Source of the DNA: Marsupella aquatica
Taxonomy: Eukaryota > Plantae > Marchantiophyta
Assembly (NCBI GenBank): GCA_973895155.1
Contig: OZ316891.1
Coordinates: 8,681,875-8,745,874 of the forward strand
Direction: 5' to 3'
DNA: 64,000 nucleotides
The notes under the pieces are model-generated. The model had not been told where the DNA came from, ran no database searches, and saw only the letters and a program-made list of their open reading frames with translations. The translations under genes were made by a program, and so were the position numbers. This document shows, in pieces, positions 37,301-49,857 of the stretch (its first letter is position 1; each line of letters opens with the position of its first letter).

Positions 37301-37659
37301 AGTGTATTGCTCAGTCTACTACAGAAGCGGAGTATGTTGCAGCTGCGGAAGCAGCAAAGGAAGCGATTTGGTTGGATAGACTTATCACTGAAATGGGATT
37401 GCCACAGGGGAATGTGAAGCTCCATTGTGATAGTCAAAGTGCGCTCCACCTTGCTGTGAACCAGGTGATGGACAGCAGAGTGAAGCACATTGACGTCAGG
37501 TACCATTTTATCAGGCAGGCTATGTCTGATAATTTGTTTGAGCTAGTCAAGATTGATGGTAAACTCAACCCGGCTGACGCATTTACCAAAGTGATTCCTT
37601 TGGAGAGTTTCTCTAGACACCGTGACGTATTGCAGGTTTTGCAATTGCATCACAAGTAG
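34387..37659 (+). CDS. pol: Copia Pol (protease, GAG-pre-integrase, integrase, RT, RNase H), in frame with gag after a TGA
   Basis: WILDCACSFH, LWHSRLGH..C..C, IHSDVWGP, LRSDNGGEY, PQQNGVAER, YKARLVAKG, LYVDDML, GYVDSD, TEAEY and KHIDVRYHF. Confidence 0.95.
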   Translation, partial: SRGYALCTSSRRADDVWILDCACSFHICYIREFFSSYSVSNGSVLMGNDHSCQIEGIGSVKIQMFDGAVRTVSGVRYVPGMRKNLISLGVLDSNGHQWSVIDGELQVRSGETVILKGSRQKNLYVLQGNIVCGEANVTKSHEEMTQLWHSRLGHMSEKGLAILRKNGLISDLQSCKLEFCEHCILGKQHRRAFGVGTHRSKAVLEYIHSDVWGPSPTPSHSGKLYYVSFIDDYSRFVWIYFMTHKSDVLSIFKKWKAQVENQTGNTIKCLDTRVKSLRSDNGGEYTSMEFEEYCSEQGITRHLTTVYTPQQNGVAERLNRTLLERSRSMLSQSGLPQEFWAEAVNTAAYLVNLSPSSAINFKTPFEMRYKRQADYHGLVVFGSDAYALTPKQNRTKLDPTSRKCVFLRYQSGVKAYRLWDPIACKLVVSRDVSFNESRLLKERENTQVSHTDKGKSPIPDLVEGEIGYEVHDRREGVAPIMELVPVPEEPEEFVDAGEQQVDAVELQIVPAHADQPESSARRTSGRTVRAPPRYGQWVDSSQLQEDDFTADDEGDALILEEGEPSSFHEASASKEKQKWTAAMQTEIQSLKDNKTWELVKLPKGQQVVDNKWIYKLKDNSIGGGSKVYKARLVAKGFTQEKGVDYNEVFSPVAKYSTIRLLCVLVVMFGLLLDQMDVVTAFLYGTLEEVIFMRQPLGFVKRGQEELVCRLLKSLYGLKQSPRQWNKRFDDWIRSQGFHRSVFDPCVYLKPVKNVVFGFIVLVLYVDDMLIAAKDRSEIVKLKALLSAEFKMKDLGPAKRILGMEITRDLEAGKLWLTQSSYARKVIARFNMENSKPVSTPLAPHFKLSSAFCPTDDTEKGLMSKVPYDKAVGSLMYLMTCTRPDLAMAMGKVSRYMSNPGKVHWEAVKWIIRYLKGTVDHGLLFDANAKNARSLIGYVDSDYGQDLDRRRSTTGYVFTLGGGCISWRSTLQKCIAQSTTEAEYVAAAEAAKEAIWLDRLITEMGLPQGNVKLHCDSQSALHLAVNQVMDSRVKHIDVRYHFIRQAMSDNLFELVKIDGKLNPADAFTKVIPLESFSRHRDVLQVLQLHHK

Positions 37660-37839
37660 AGTTTTCTTAAACATTCATTGTAATTACTGATATATGCTCT
37701 TCCTCATTCCTATGTATTAGGCTACGGCTTAGTTCTGGTTTGCTCTAGTTAGAGAGGGAAACCGGTTTGGTTTCTGTCCAGAACTTCCCGCTGAGGGATC
37801 ATATACATTGGCAGTATTACTCTCCCCTAGACCAGAGTC

Positions 37840-37850
37840 AAGGGGAAGAT
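37840..37850 (+). promoter_or_regulatory. Polypurine tract
   Basis: AAGGGGAAGAT sits immediately before the 3' LTR. Confidence 0.85.
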
Positions 37851-38325
37851 TGTTGGGTATTTACTCTTACGTCTAGGTTAGGTATGACGTGGTTGGTACA
37901 ACAACGTGGGTTGGTACAACTACGTGGTTAGGTACAACTACGTGATTAGGTACAACTATGTGGTTAGGTACAACTACGTGATTAGGTACAACTATGTGGT
38001 TAGGTACAACTACGTGATTAGGTACAACTATGTGGTTAGGTACAACTATGTGGTTAGGTACAACTAAGTTGCACACTATATCATAAGAGGCATGTGTGCT
38101 TGGAGAGGTAGAACCAAGGCTCATTGTTATGGAGCCACTTGAGAGATAGGGAGAGCGTACACTGTGGAGACTCGGTATAGCCGACGGGCTTAGAGTTCAG
38201 TAAAGCTCTCTTGTGTGTTCCCGTGGACGTAGCCTCAAGGAGGTGAACCACGTATCTCTTGTGTCGACTATTGTGCGTTGGATGGTTCATGGGCTTGCCG
38301 TTGCGATCGTCGTCTATGCTCAACA
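37851..38325 (+). repeat. 3' LTR (475 bp)
   Basis: Near-identical to the 5' LTR; I see only two substitutions, both inside the 18-bp array. Confidence 0.97.
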
Positions 38326-40879
38326 GACCACATATACGGTCACCTTTATATCTCATTAAAGGATATCCCAGGTCCTTAACCGTATACATTAAGAATGCCC
38401 AAGCCTGGGCCCAAGCTTCTGCAAATCTCTAAAAGTCTTTTACTACCTGACTGCCCAAGCTTTGCTCAGGTTGCCTTCCACCTGAGTGTGCCCCACCTCA
38501 GGTTTGTAGGTGGGAAAATACGTGTAAAATTAGGTGTCCATAAAGTTGTAAACATTTGAAAATACCTATAACAAATAAAAAATATCTAAATAGATCACTT
38601 TCCAAAAGTGAATCCTAGCCGCCAGATCTTGAGATGCACATTGAAGAGTTATACAAACGGCTAATGTATGTGTGTTCCAAACTATTATGTGATTTCATTC
38701 AGACACCCTTCTTTAATTTGGTTTAGTTTCCCTTACTTTCCTTCCCAAAAACCAAAAAATTCTGACCCTAAACATAAAGCAGGAATGGACTGAGGAGGTT
38801 GCTCTGAAGCACAAATGCTCAATTGGACTGGCCAGAACACCTAAAAGGACTTGAGTAATACCTCTTAGAGTTTTGAATGAAGTGTGACTATAAATGGACT
38901 CCTGGCCGTTTGCAGTCTGAAGTTTTAATTTAGTTAGCCCAGTTGCTACTCATGTGCAACCTCTCAGGATGTTCTTCACAAAAGTGAGATGTGTGTTGGA
39001 AATTGGTTTGTAATATTTTACCATGTTTGCACTTGTCAGAAATGGAGCAAGTGATTCACAAAAATTTTAAACTTTGTCAGGCTAGGTAATTAGTAAATTG
39101 GACATCAAAGAGAATGCTGGAAAAATATGAGATTGAAGAGAGATACCAAAGCTATCCAAAGAAATGCATGCCTACCAGAACCAAATCCAGAAATATCCCA
39201 AAATTAAAATCAACAATCTACAGGTTGCCCCACAAGTTGTTACTTAGGGTGCCACAAAAAAACTAGTAGGGGCATCCTTCTACAATGAGTAGTCCTTCCA
39301 AAAAGCAGTTGGACGCTTTTTCTTTCAGGTGTAAACTGACTGGTGTATTTACACAATCTATGGGGATGAGCCAGACAAACACCTCAGTTCATCAGGGCCT
39401 TATATTCTTTTGACCCTGCTTTCATTTAACTGTTATAATCCAGGAAAAGAAGTTGAAGCCCCAAACAATGCACCTTGCCCTTGAACCATGCAAACCCTAA
39501 TTGATTTCTTGACCTAAAAGAAGGCTCAGTCTAATCAATCCTACTATCCATAATCACCAGTTAGATTTTGATTTAGGCACCCTCTTTACTCCAAAGAAAA
39601 TTCATTCGAGGCAACTCAGCCAATTACTGTAGAGAAAAGCTAAGGTAATGGCGGCAGAATAAATTAAAAAATGAATAAAGCAAAAATAATGCCGTTTGCT
39701 GACGTGACGATGCTTCCAAGATGTTACAACCGAGGTGGGATTTGATCGAAGACAAAAGTGAGGGGGCTGCTTTAGGGTACAAAAAGCTGGAAACCAATGC
39801 TCATGCTCCTTTGCATCCTTCGTAGGTTGAATCGTTGGAACATCAAGTGTGAATGTAGAGCAACCGAATTCCCAATTTACCACCCTTGGCGAAGATCGAG
39901 TCACTCACCTAACGGCAGCTCTCTCCATCGACTGAGCTCAGCTCAGCTCGATCCCGGAGCTCCTGGTCTTCGGAGCTTGATCAGTCATTCTTCGTGATTT
40001 CTCGATGGCATTGTGATTCTGGTGTGTGCATGCATTGCAGGTGTGCCACAGCGAATCAGCTGTTACTGAGATGAAACTTAGATTCAGCGTTTTTGGCAAT
40101 CCAGATCGAGTGACAGTTGTGGGAAGATCGATCCGGAGATCAGAGATGACAGTTCGAGCTGTGGAGGTGTGAGTTGCATGGAGCGAAGTGCCGAACCTGA
40201 AATCAGTTGAATTGATCCTGGTCGAGCTGCGGTTGAGGGAGTAGCTGATTGAATCGAGTCAGATCAGATCAGCGCGACTCCGGCATTAAACTTCGATCAA
40301 GTCTACTACGCCATTTTGTGAACGTCTCTACTGTCTTAATGTACCATGTTAAACGTACAAGACGGGACTAGTAATGCCGTCTTGACAGGTCTACCGGTCT
40401 ACCAAGTATATTGGGCTACTGAATTCGATTTCTGCGAGGATTTCTGCTGGGAGGTTTGGTAGCCGATCGAAAGCATTCTGGATGTTTCGTAGTATTGGTG
40501 TATTTGACGCGGCACATGCGCTCACGGCACATGCGCTGACGGTAGAGGAGCAGCAACGATCTAAGTACATTTCCTTAGCACACAGTCGACATTACGTAGC
40601 ACTTAGTCGACATCATCGAGCCGATAGGTGCAGTATTGCTCTCCTTAGAAAGCAATACGGGGAAGCTATAATTTGTCCGCAACGCAGGCAGCAATTGTTT
40701 GTGCAAGCATTTGCTGTTGATCGTAATTTCTTGATCATAGATCTTTTCCAACGACTCTCTGGTTCGAGCGCGCCATTTTCTATTTGATTAGGGGAGCACC
40801 GATTGCACGCCCCATACAGGCAAACGGATTACCGTGGTCGCAAGCAGGATAATCGATACAAAACCAATAGTTCGAAGCC

Positions 40880-43778
40880 ATGTCGACGGTGCAACCGGAA
40901 TCTGGAAACAGTCGCGATGATCGGTCCGAGTGTTGTCAAAGGAATTCCAAGACTCCTTCGCGTACGAATTCGAAGAGTCCGGGTATTTCGCGTCCGAATT
41001 CGAAGAGTCCGGGCAATTCACGTCCGAATTCAAAGAGTCCGGGCAACAGATCAGGGCAGGTTCACCCCGTCGTTGACGACAATGATAAGATAGAAAGCTT
41101 CGAGATTTTCAGGTCGTCGCGGTCGAAGCTTAAGCCCGAGCGTAGGCAGGTAGCATTCAGCGAGACCCCAGACAAAGCTTGCTCCAAATGCAGTAACATT
41201 CACTACTCAGCCTACCGCATGCCATGGAGAACAGTCTCTGTGGAGGAACTCAAGAAGGCGACAGACGACTACAGCCTCGACAATGGAGTCAAGCTTCATG
41301 AGGATATATTTCTTTTCAAAGGAATGCTCGACGGCCTTCCGGTGTACGTCGATCGGAAAGGGTCCGATGAGATGAAGTTGACTTTATCGTCAGAAGTTGA
41401 CAACCTGAAAAATCTGCGGCACCCTAACGTCATTACTCTCAGGGCAGTCTGTGATACTATTGACAACCAAGCTCTAGTGTTCAATTTTGTCTGCAGCAGA
41501 AATCTCTTCTTCCATCTTTCACGTAAGTATACTGAGCAACTAGGTTAGAGATGTTCCTCCTCTCTTTTTGCGTCGACTTGGTGCAAGATTCTCAGGGGCT
41601 GATGTACCCATCCTTGGCAACCTAGTTTCTAGACTTGATTACTTTGAAATGCTAGATGCTATGAAATAAAATCTGTGCTCATCATTTTGGCAATGCTCTA
41701 TTTGCAGCTAAGAATTTAAAGCCAGTACAATGGTCAAAGCGTGCGAACCTGGCAATCGAGCTCGCGCAGGGCCTAGTTTACCTGCATCATGACCGCTCCA
41801 TTATACATGGAAATATCAGCTCACTCAATGTGCACGTAACTTGTGATTTTGTACCTGTGGTACGTATTACACCTTGACTGTACTTCTTTTCGGCACTTCT
41901 CTCCTCTGATCTGATCTGCTAGATCTAGTTATAGATCGAAAGAGGGCGCCCTTCTACGGCAAACAATAGAAATTTCTGACCGCCTGAAGCACCACAAGCG
42001 TTTCTCATCAATTAGAGAGATTCGAGGTCATGTATCATTCGTTGTCGACCAGATTGATGGGGACCATCCATCTAAGTGTTAGTTCAGTTCAATTCCGAAA
42101 CTGGCAATGGTAGACAGACTCTTGCTTCCTTATCTACCTAAAATCTTCACACGTCTATTAAAAGTAACAAGGGGCCCCAGGGAGTTCCCGAAGCTCAACC
42201 GAGGGGGTTCATATCATGAATTGATTGGTTTAAACTCGTCACAATCCGTCTACAAATCAGTCACACCATTTCCAGTTCCCGTGTCTCTAGTTTTAGTAGG
42301 ATAGTCCTTGGATTTCTTAGTTACGTTGCCCTGGTTTTCTTTAGATTGGAGACTTTTCCTTCTCGAGAAGAAATGTGGTTGGGCGCCAGTATATTCTTGA
42401 AGATCGGTCTACACATAAGATGGCCCGGTGAGTACTTTTGAACGAGCTTCTTACTCTGACTTGCGTTAATAGATAAACGCATGAAATCATTGTTTCAAAC
42501 TTTCAAATTATGTGTATTATAGTATCTCAGTACGAGGGTCTGAGGTCCAATACAAGATTTCTGGAACTTACTGGAAGGCATGACTTCGGCTATAACTTAG
42601 GTCAATGATTTTGAAGGGACCAACGTACTGTGTGATGTCAACGTTCTCGGTCAGATTATGTACAAGTATCTAGCCTTCGTCGCGACAAGCTATAATTCAT
42701 CGCTTGGGAGGAGAACATACCACATATATATTATGGCTCTACAAGAATAACACTTAGATGTGTGTTGACGGCTCTTTCAATGTTGATCTCTCAGATCAGC
42801 CAGTCAGTATGTATCTGGTACTTTTCAAAGTAGGGATTTTCTTTGAGCTGCTCTCGTACGATCATTCCTTAACACAGACACGTTCAGTGGCTGGACATAG
42901 TCTAAATGGGTGGTCCTTGATGGTCTGCTTAGCGGCTACCTGGCTCCAGAGTATCAAAGACGAGGGAAGGGTTCTGAGAAGCAGGACATCTACGCTTTTG
43001 GGGTCATTCTTATGGAGCTCATCTCTGGACTTCCGCCTTTCAGCCGACAACGCAAAATCCCGCTCCTTGGTGAATGGGTGAGACCTGTATGAACTTTCTC
43101 CTAGGGAAATCCATAGACTGATGATCGAGTTATTACCTGTGGAAGATACGTTTGCAACTGTTCTACATATGAATATAATGCAATTCTTATTTCTGATCTG
43201 CTCTGACCATGCTAGAATCTACCTGCAGTTGTCATGCCTTCGTAGCTGACGTAGTCTAATAATATCATCAATCGCTCAGGCACAGCAGGCATATGACAAT
43301 TCCCATGCATAGCTTAGCCAGAAATGTCCAAATGTCTCAATACCAGTTTGCTACAATTCCGTTCATACAGGGCAGGGCGATGATGGAGGAGCTTGAACTA
43401 GATCCGGAAAGGGTTGTAGGAAAAATCGTGGACCCACGACTGAGCATGAACGCTGAGTTCAGCTCCTTCTTGGTAATGATAAGGGTGGCCAAGCAATGCC
43501 TTCAAGAAGACCCTTCTACGCGCCCGCCCATGACAGAGGTCCGTGTCCTACTGATAGTTTCTGTAAATACTGGTCCTCTTTCAGCGTTACATTTCTACTT
43601 GATTTGTCAGGCCCTTTTTGGTAATGTGTTTAGTCTCCTCTCAAAATTTCTCCAATATTTCGTTGTAAATGCAAACCTGGTAGTCCGCAGAATGGTTGAC
43701 TTGATCAGCGCGCTGCCACTAACATAATGAATTTCTTCCCTTCAGATCTTGGAGAGTCTCAAGAAATGTGCAGTCTAA
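40880..43778 (+). CDS. Cytoplasmic RLK/Pelle-type kinase-like protein, probable pseudokinase; exons ~40880-41522, 41708-41859, (42795-42806?), ~42901-43077, 43371-43538, 43746-43778
   Basis: [87 protein letters not shown] and [14 protein letters not shown]. The middle splice junction is uncertain. Confidence 0.8.
40961..41050 (+). repeat. Coding 30-bp repeat x3 (RxNSKSPG)
   Basis: cgt.cgaattc.aagagtccggg.a..... occurs three times in the kinase N-terminus. Confidence 0.85.
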
Positions 43779-46033
43779 AGGTTCGTTGTCGACGTAAGAC
43801 AAACTTTTAGAATCAGCCCTTCCACTCCAGAAATTCACGACTCCTCTTGGTTTACTCGCCGGGAAAAGCAAAGAGAGCCACGAGTCGTTGAGGTGTGATG
43901 GCGAAAACTCATCACAATCATGGCACCGACAAAGTTGACTTGTCTGGCCCACGTACCTCACCGGGGACAACGAGGGCTTCGAATTCATTTGACAATTCAG
44001 CAAGGCACCCCACAATTTCACACTCATTATAAAGTCGACCATGAAGGAGTCCGAAGGCAAGGTTTACCAGTGCCGTCCACTGTCTCTGCGAATGGGCCCC
44101 ATCGAGGAACACAACTCAAACAAATGAAAAAAATCCGAACAACGACAACAAAAGTAGGACAGTCAGACTGTCTTGCACGGTTCAACACCACAGCCACAGC
44201 TAGCCATACTCCGCATAACGTCGTCAACAATATATATGGCGAAGCCAAGCTATAGCATCCCCTAGCATCCCTGGCGCGCCATACTCAGCTCAGAGGCAGG
44301 CCGATCGATCATTTCAGAGGAACCATCGCTCAATCCAAACTTGATTTTGGAGACCATTCGCTTTCTAGTTTTGGGCTGATGCCCACCTTACTATGCACGT
44401 CAGTTGTGAGTAGAACTTTACTACAGCTGCGGCTCACGAGTAGACTGATATATCAAGGACATCAAACGCCTTTTCCAAGAGGGAAAGGGTGATCGATGGT
44501 CCTCACATGTATTCATTACGAGATTCATTAGCTAAGTAAAGAGAGCAACTACCACCACCACCACCAACAACAGCAATCCGAATGTGTTTCAATTGAGCAA
44601 AGGCTTACATTTTTCTCCTTGTGCATGATTGAGTACTTCATCGATCACTAGCTAGCAAGCCCCCATTTCCCAATCAAGTAGCCTTACTACCCATTTTGGA
44701 CCCTCTAAGGAAAGGTGAGGGACAAGATTATAGTGAGAAAAGAGATGCACCATATTGCTCTGTATTATACCACAACTCCCAGTATTCAAGGCCCTCTCAT
44801 AATGTAGGGCCGTAATTACTGGGAAGGGGTGCATGGAGCAACTGAAAAAAATTGAAAAGTTCATTTATTTTTGAGAGCAGCTAGGGCTGACCATTAACAA
44901 AACTTTTAAAAAACTCATTTTTGGAAAAACAATGAAAATCAATTCGTTTTTTGATTGGTCAGTTGAAGAATTGTGACTCTTCAACTCCCATCTAAGCATG
45001 AAGGGGTCATTGGTAGCATAGCCAAACAAGTTATGACTCTTTATTTAACTTTTCTTTCTTCTTTCTGTCTTTCTTATTTGAATCTACATTATTTGAACCC
45101 TACATTGGGTCAAACCAATCAGATCGAGCACCAGTGGTTTTTCCAGATTTTCTCACAAAATATTTAGCCATTTTGCCTGCATTTTTTGTGAGAAATAGAT
45201 CTACATATTGAACCCTAGATTGGGTCAAACGGTGGAGCAATGGTAAGTGATTCACTACTTAGGCACCTCCCTCCTACAATTAGTTGACCATACAATACGC
45301 TTTCATATGAGGACTTAGTTTTGTTTTGTTTTTTGTTCTTTTTTTGGTTTTTGGTTTTTTTTAATACACTGTGTTTATTAGAGAAGCCACTGTGGCGAAG
45401 ACCAGCGAGGCAGAAACAAACCACACAGAGGGCCACACACACCCCACGGGTACTAAATGCCAAAAACCACCTCAACAGTATGCAAGGTCCTCTCCTAAAG
45501 AAGGGCCAAGGGGGGAGACAATAAAAAACTAAGTTAGACAACAGCCAAACAAGGCACCGCCCGCAGGCAAAGGGGGGCCTCAACAATGGACTGAACAGGG
45601 CTTCAACAGTAAAGATATAAGTTATGCGTGACTAGTGCCAGTAGAAGCCCTAGCAGTCAGTTCAGTGAGTTCAATAAGAGTCTGATGTAACCGTCTGGCC
45701 TTCTGCACATTGTGAGTCCGCTGAACAATAGCATGAACTTGAACCCCAGCACTCATTTGAGGACTTAGTGTAATGCAAAGCTTTAGGGTTTAGGGTAAAG
45801 TGGCCAATAATACCCCAATAAAGTGAGTGACTGTTTTCTGTCTTCATCCCCAGTTTCTCACCTAGCAACCCCACTACCCAGCATTTACTGAATCATCCAA
45901 TCTAGAGAGATCTAATCTAACAGTAGAAAAACTAGAGGAGCAAATTCGATGAAAAATACTCTTCGAATCTTGCACCAACAACAGCTGGGCACTGCGAAAA
46001 TAAACCCTTAGTTTTAAGATACGGCAGTATCCC

Positions 46034-46424
46034 GGGTTGTGGCAGTTACCCGGTTCTACTAGGGCGTCTCACATATTAAAAAAAAGTTGCATACTTGGGC
46101 GGCCCATGACACAGTCGGGGGCACCGTGACAGGGTAGATGCGGGCCAGCATTTTTTGGGGTGGTGAATTATAAGACGGGTCGAGGGTGCAAATGCCAATG
46201 GCCTGTACCTCCTGGTTGTGGCAGTTACCCGGTTCTACTAGGGCGTCTCACATATTAAAAAAAAGTTGCATACTTGGGCGGCCCATGACACAGTCGGGGG
46301 CTTGGGCGGCCCATGACACAGTCGGGGGCACCGTGACAGGGAAGATGCGGGCCAGCATTTTTTGGGGTAGTGAATTATAAGACGGGTCGAGGGTGCAAAT
46401 GCCAATGGCCTGTACCTCCTGGTT
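46034..46424. repeat. ~180-bp tandem duplication; copy 2 has an internal 28-bp duplication
   Basis: ggttgtggcagttacccggttctactagggcgtctcac...gccaatggcctgtacctcctggtt occurs twice. Confidence 0.9.
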
Positions 46425-46659
46425 TTAGGTCTTTTGTTTGTTGCCATTGTAATCGCAGTCAGGTGAGGGTTTCGGTCAAAATTCTCCGGCCTGACTGGTC
46501 AGGCACCACAACCGGTGCCCGACCAGTCCTGTCCAGAGGCCCGGGCGCGGAAATTTCCTTAAACTCTCTATATCTGAGACTCCCTACTACTACTCCCCAT
46601 TCACCTTGTCGCTCAAAAACCGTTACTGCACTTTGACCGATTGGTCCGGTCAGTTTTTG

Positions 46660-47010
46660 GCCCACCCGTCCGTCTCGGCGGTCATCACCATCGCCCATCT
46701 CCCATCCCATCGTCCGTCCGTCCGTCTCCGCCCATCTCAGCCATCTTCCCCTCATCCGTCCGTCTCCGCTCGTCACGGCCATCTTCCCCTCATCCGTCCG
46801 TCTCCCCCCTTCACGGCCATCTTCCCGTCGTCCGTCCTTCGCCCGTCCTTCGCTCGTCTCGGCTTTCACGGCCACCTCCCGTCGTCAGTCCTTCGCCCGT
46901 CCTTCGCTCGTCTCGGCTTTCACGGCCACCTCCCGTCGTCAGTCCTTGGGCGTTCACAGCCATTGCCCATCGTGATCCATCGCCCGTCCGTCTGGGCGTT
47001 CACGGCCACT
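46660..47010. repeat. GC-rich degenerate repeats (ccgtccgtct / cacggcca.ct.ccc), including a 54-bp duplication
   Basis: gtccttcgcccgtccttcgctcgtctcggctttcacggccacctcccgtcgtca occurs twice, among related units. Confidence 0.75.
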
Positions 47011-48620
47011 CCATGCGAGAGGAGAGGGGAGGAGAGGAGAGAGAGGAGAGGAGGTGCCAAAGAGCGGAGCTGCCATGATTGACATAGCTCCAACCGCCAT
47101 CATTGTACTGCACAATCGTCTCCCATAGTCCCATCAAGCTGCACAACAATCGTGTGAGCTGTGAACTGTGAACCCACATTTCGTCGTCTCCGTCCTCCCG
47201 ATGACCCGATGCTCGGCCAGCATGAAACCAGCAGTCCACCACCATGTGAGATTGCGAGCCTTGAGCCACCAGCCATCACTGCTGCAGAGCAGCAGCCCCA
47301 TCAAGGGCAGCGTGGTGCTCCGCTCTGCTCGTCTCTGCTCTGCTCTCCACGTACTCGACTACGGCACGAGTAGTAGGGTACCATCCAGTGCCATTCGCTA
47401 ATATTAGTGTCAAGAAATCTAACGGATGGGGTGCGGTGTTGAGAGCTTGAGGTGATTTTGTGGGGCGAGTCACCGTGAGATTCTTCCTTCTCCTACTAAA
47501 ATAATGATGATGAGGTGATGATGAAGTGATGATGGACTGCAAATTCAAGCGGGATTTAGGAATTATGGTACACTCCGGTATAGTGGTGGATAGTATGCGT
47601 ACTGCCAACAAGAATCGCTACGGTGAGGAGCGTTCCGACCACCGATGACGGTGCGACGCATGAAGGGGGTGGTAGTCGGGGAAGGGCTCGTTGCGAAGTC
47701 GCTCCTCTTGGCTTGAATTTTGCTCGGACTGTCTTTTCTAGTTCTGGTTCCGGGTTTACTCTCCTCTAGATGTGTCGGTCGATCGCTCGCTTACTGTAAT
47801 TTTAGTGGAGTTTGGGTGCTGTGCAACCGCCGTCTTGCGCTTCGTTCCTCGCGTGGTGGTCCTTGTCGATGTCGGGTTCGCAATCGAGCTCTGCTGCACT
47901 GGCTGGTGGCAGCTGGTTGCTGTATCTGTTGCACGGATGACTCGGACGAGGTGATTTTGCCGTTCGACTGAGACGAGGTGACTTTACCGTTCCCATTGTG
48001 AAATCTCGCTCCTCCAATTTGGGGCTTTCTGTTTGTCGTTGTGGGTCGCACTTTTGTATGAGCACGTTCACTCTAGGGTCGTGGTGAGAATGGAGGAGGT
48101 TGCTGGGCTTTTGCATTTTCGTTACGGGGCAATGGAGTATTTTGGGTCATGAGGGTTGTTCATGCTTGTCGGAAAGCTGTGGTAGTTTTGGTGGAGCTCC
48201 ATGTGCTTACCTCCATTTTGAGCTGGGGCAAACTGCTGCCGTCAGTTGTGAGAGGTGGGGCAAAACGATTGTCTTCTTCGTTAGAGTCTTTATTCTCATA
48301 CCTTTGTGCAATAGGTTGTGAGCCTTTTTGGTGGTAAGAACCTGAGAAGCAGAACTTCGGTACAGTGAAAGTTCATTTGCCGTGTTGTCTCCTCTTATGT
48401 TTGCGAAATAGGTGGTGAGCATTTTTGGTTGGTGGTGAGGTGCATTTTTGTGGTGAGTGACTGGAGGAGCAGAGATTCGGTACTGTGAAAGCTCATCTGC
48501 CATGTTGTTGCCTCTCATGTTTGTGAAATAGGTGCTGATCATTTTTGGTTTCGTGGCGGTGAGGGACTGGAGAAGCAGTAATTGGTCAGTCGTGGAAACT
48601 AGTGCGATCCAGGTTCATTC

Positions 48621-49857
48621 ATGCCATACCTCATGACGAGTTCTGTGGCTCACACGGCTGGGGGGTTTGAGAAAATCTATGTTGTTCACCGCACATCCGG
48701 TTTCCCTGCCGATGGCTTCCACACTGCCGTGCCAGAAGAGCGCACCACCGACAGTGCTTACCTATCCGAAGATCAGGCCTATGCCACAGCTATTCGCAGG
48801 CAGATTGCATACATGGAGAGGCAGACGGGCGAAATCATTGTTGAACTCCGCACGGTAATGCCCTGCCCTGGCCTCTCTTTAACCGCAGTGCTGCAACTCA
48901 AGCTTCCCTCCAGACACTCGTTTTCAGCTGGTTTGTATGGCTGGTGCGGCAGCGTTGCTACTTCAATGTGTCGCAAACTGACATGGATACATTCACGAAA
49001 GGGACTCAAGCTATGTCTGTGGGTAGAGCCCTGCCTGGCAGGATTTTAGGTCTCACGCCCCGATGACCTGTGATCAAACTACCGTTGCTTGTACCTTACA
49101 TGAAGTGTGTGAAATCAGGTCGGCAGAGAGGAGTGAGAGTTTGTGCCCTAGAGATACGTCACACCCGATGTTGCCACATCATATTCAAATTTTTGGTCAT
49201 ACTTAGGAGTGGGGAATTACAATCTTGCATTAAATCTTCGAGTCCTTGCATCAAAGATGCTTGACAACACTCAATTAGCCAATTTTCACTAGGAGATACA
49301 GGTTGAAAAATATAATTTTCAAAGAATCAACGCATGAAATGGATATCTCACTCACAAACGCGTGCTTCAGTCACGGTGATAGGTCTTGCATTTGCAACCA
49401 CCTTGAGTGCTCGTGTAACCATATCATTATTAATCCTTCTCTGGATTTATAACCATCTTATTATTAGATCTTCCCTGGCTTTTGACGTAGTTGAGATTGC
49501 CCTGAAACATGAGAAACTCGAGCGCTGACGTTTACTCTGACAATGGGTCCTATCTTACAGTTGGTAACCAACAAAGGGGCGTCATTTAAGGACAGATTCC
49601 AGAATATGCGAGAATGGATTGAGAGGACTGATTGGTTCGTAGACGCCGAGGTGGTTGAATATCATGTCGAATCTTGCCCGCTTGTGCGTTTGGAAAACAT
49701 TGACGTCGATCACCTCCTAGACGGCTTGGACGAGCAGGATTATACCACGGAAAATTCTGAAGAAGAGACAGACGAAGAGGGAGATCCTGAGGACGAAGGT
49801 GCTGCTGCAGAAAATGGCAATAGGGATGCCACGGGCAAGAAGAGGAGAAGGGATTAA
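48621..49857 (+). pseudogene. Multi-exon gene fragment of unknown family ending in an acidic tract and NLS
   Basis: Plausible GT/AG junctions (~48855, 48927, 49560), one internal TGA (~49064), and a last exon LVTNKGASFKDRFQNMREWIE...EEETDEEGDPEDE...GKKRRRD*. Confidence 0.35.

Larger units (their letters stand above)
31722..38325 (+). mobile_element. Full-length Ty1/Copia LTR retrotransposon
   Basis: Two 475-bp TG...CA LTRs, TSD GACCA (31717-31721 / 38326-38330), tRNA-Met PBS, PPT, and gag-PR-INT-RT-RNaseH domain order. Confidence 0.98.

Noticed and set aside
45781-45797. Interstitial telomeric repeat (tttagggtttagggt)
   Set aside because: Only two units; compatible with chance or a telo-box.
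46459-47082. Overlapping 138-158-aa ORFs
   Set aside because: They are products of GC-rich low-complexity repeats with no recognisable domain.
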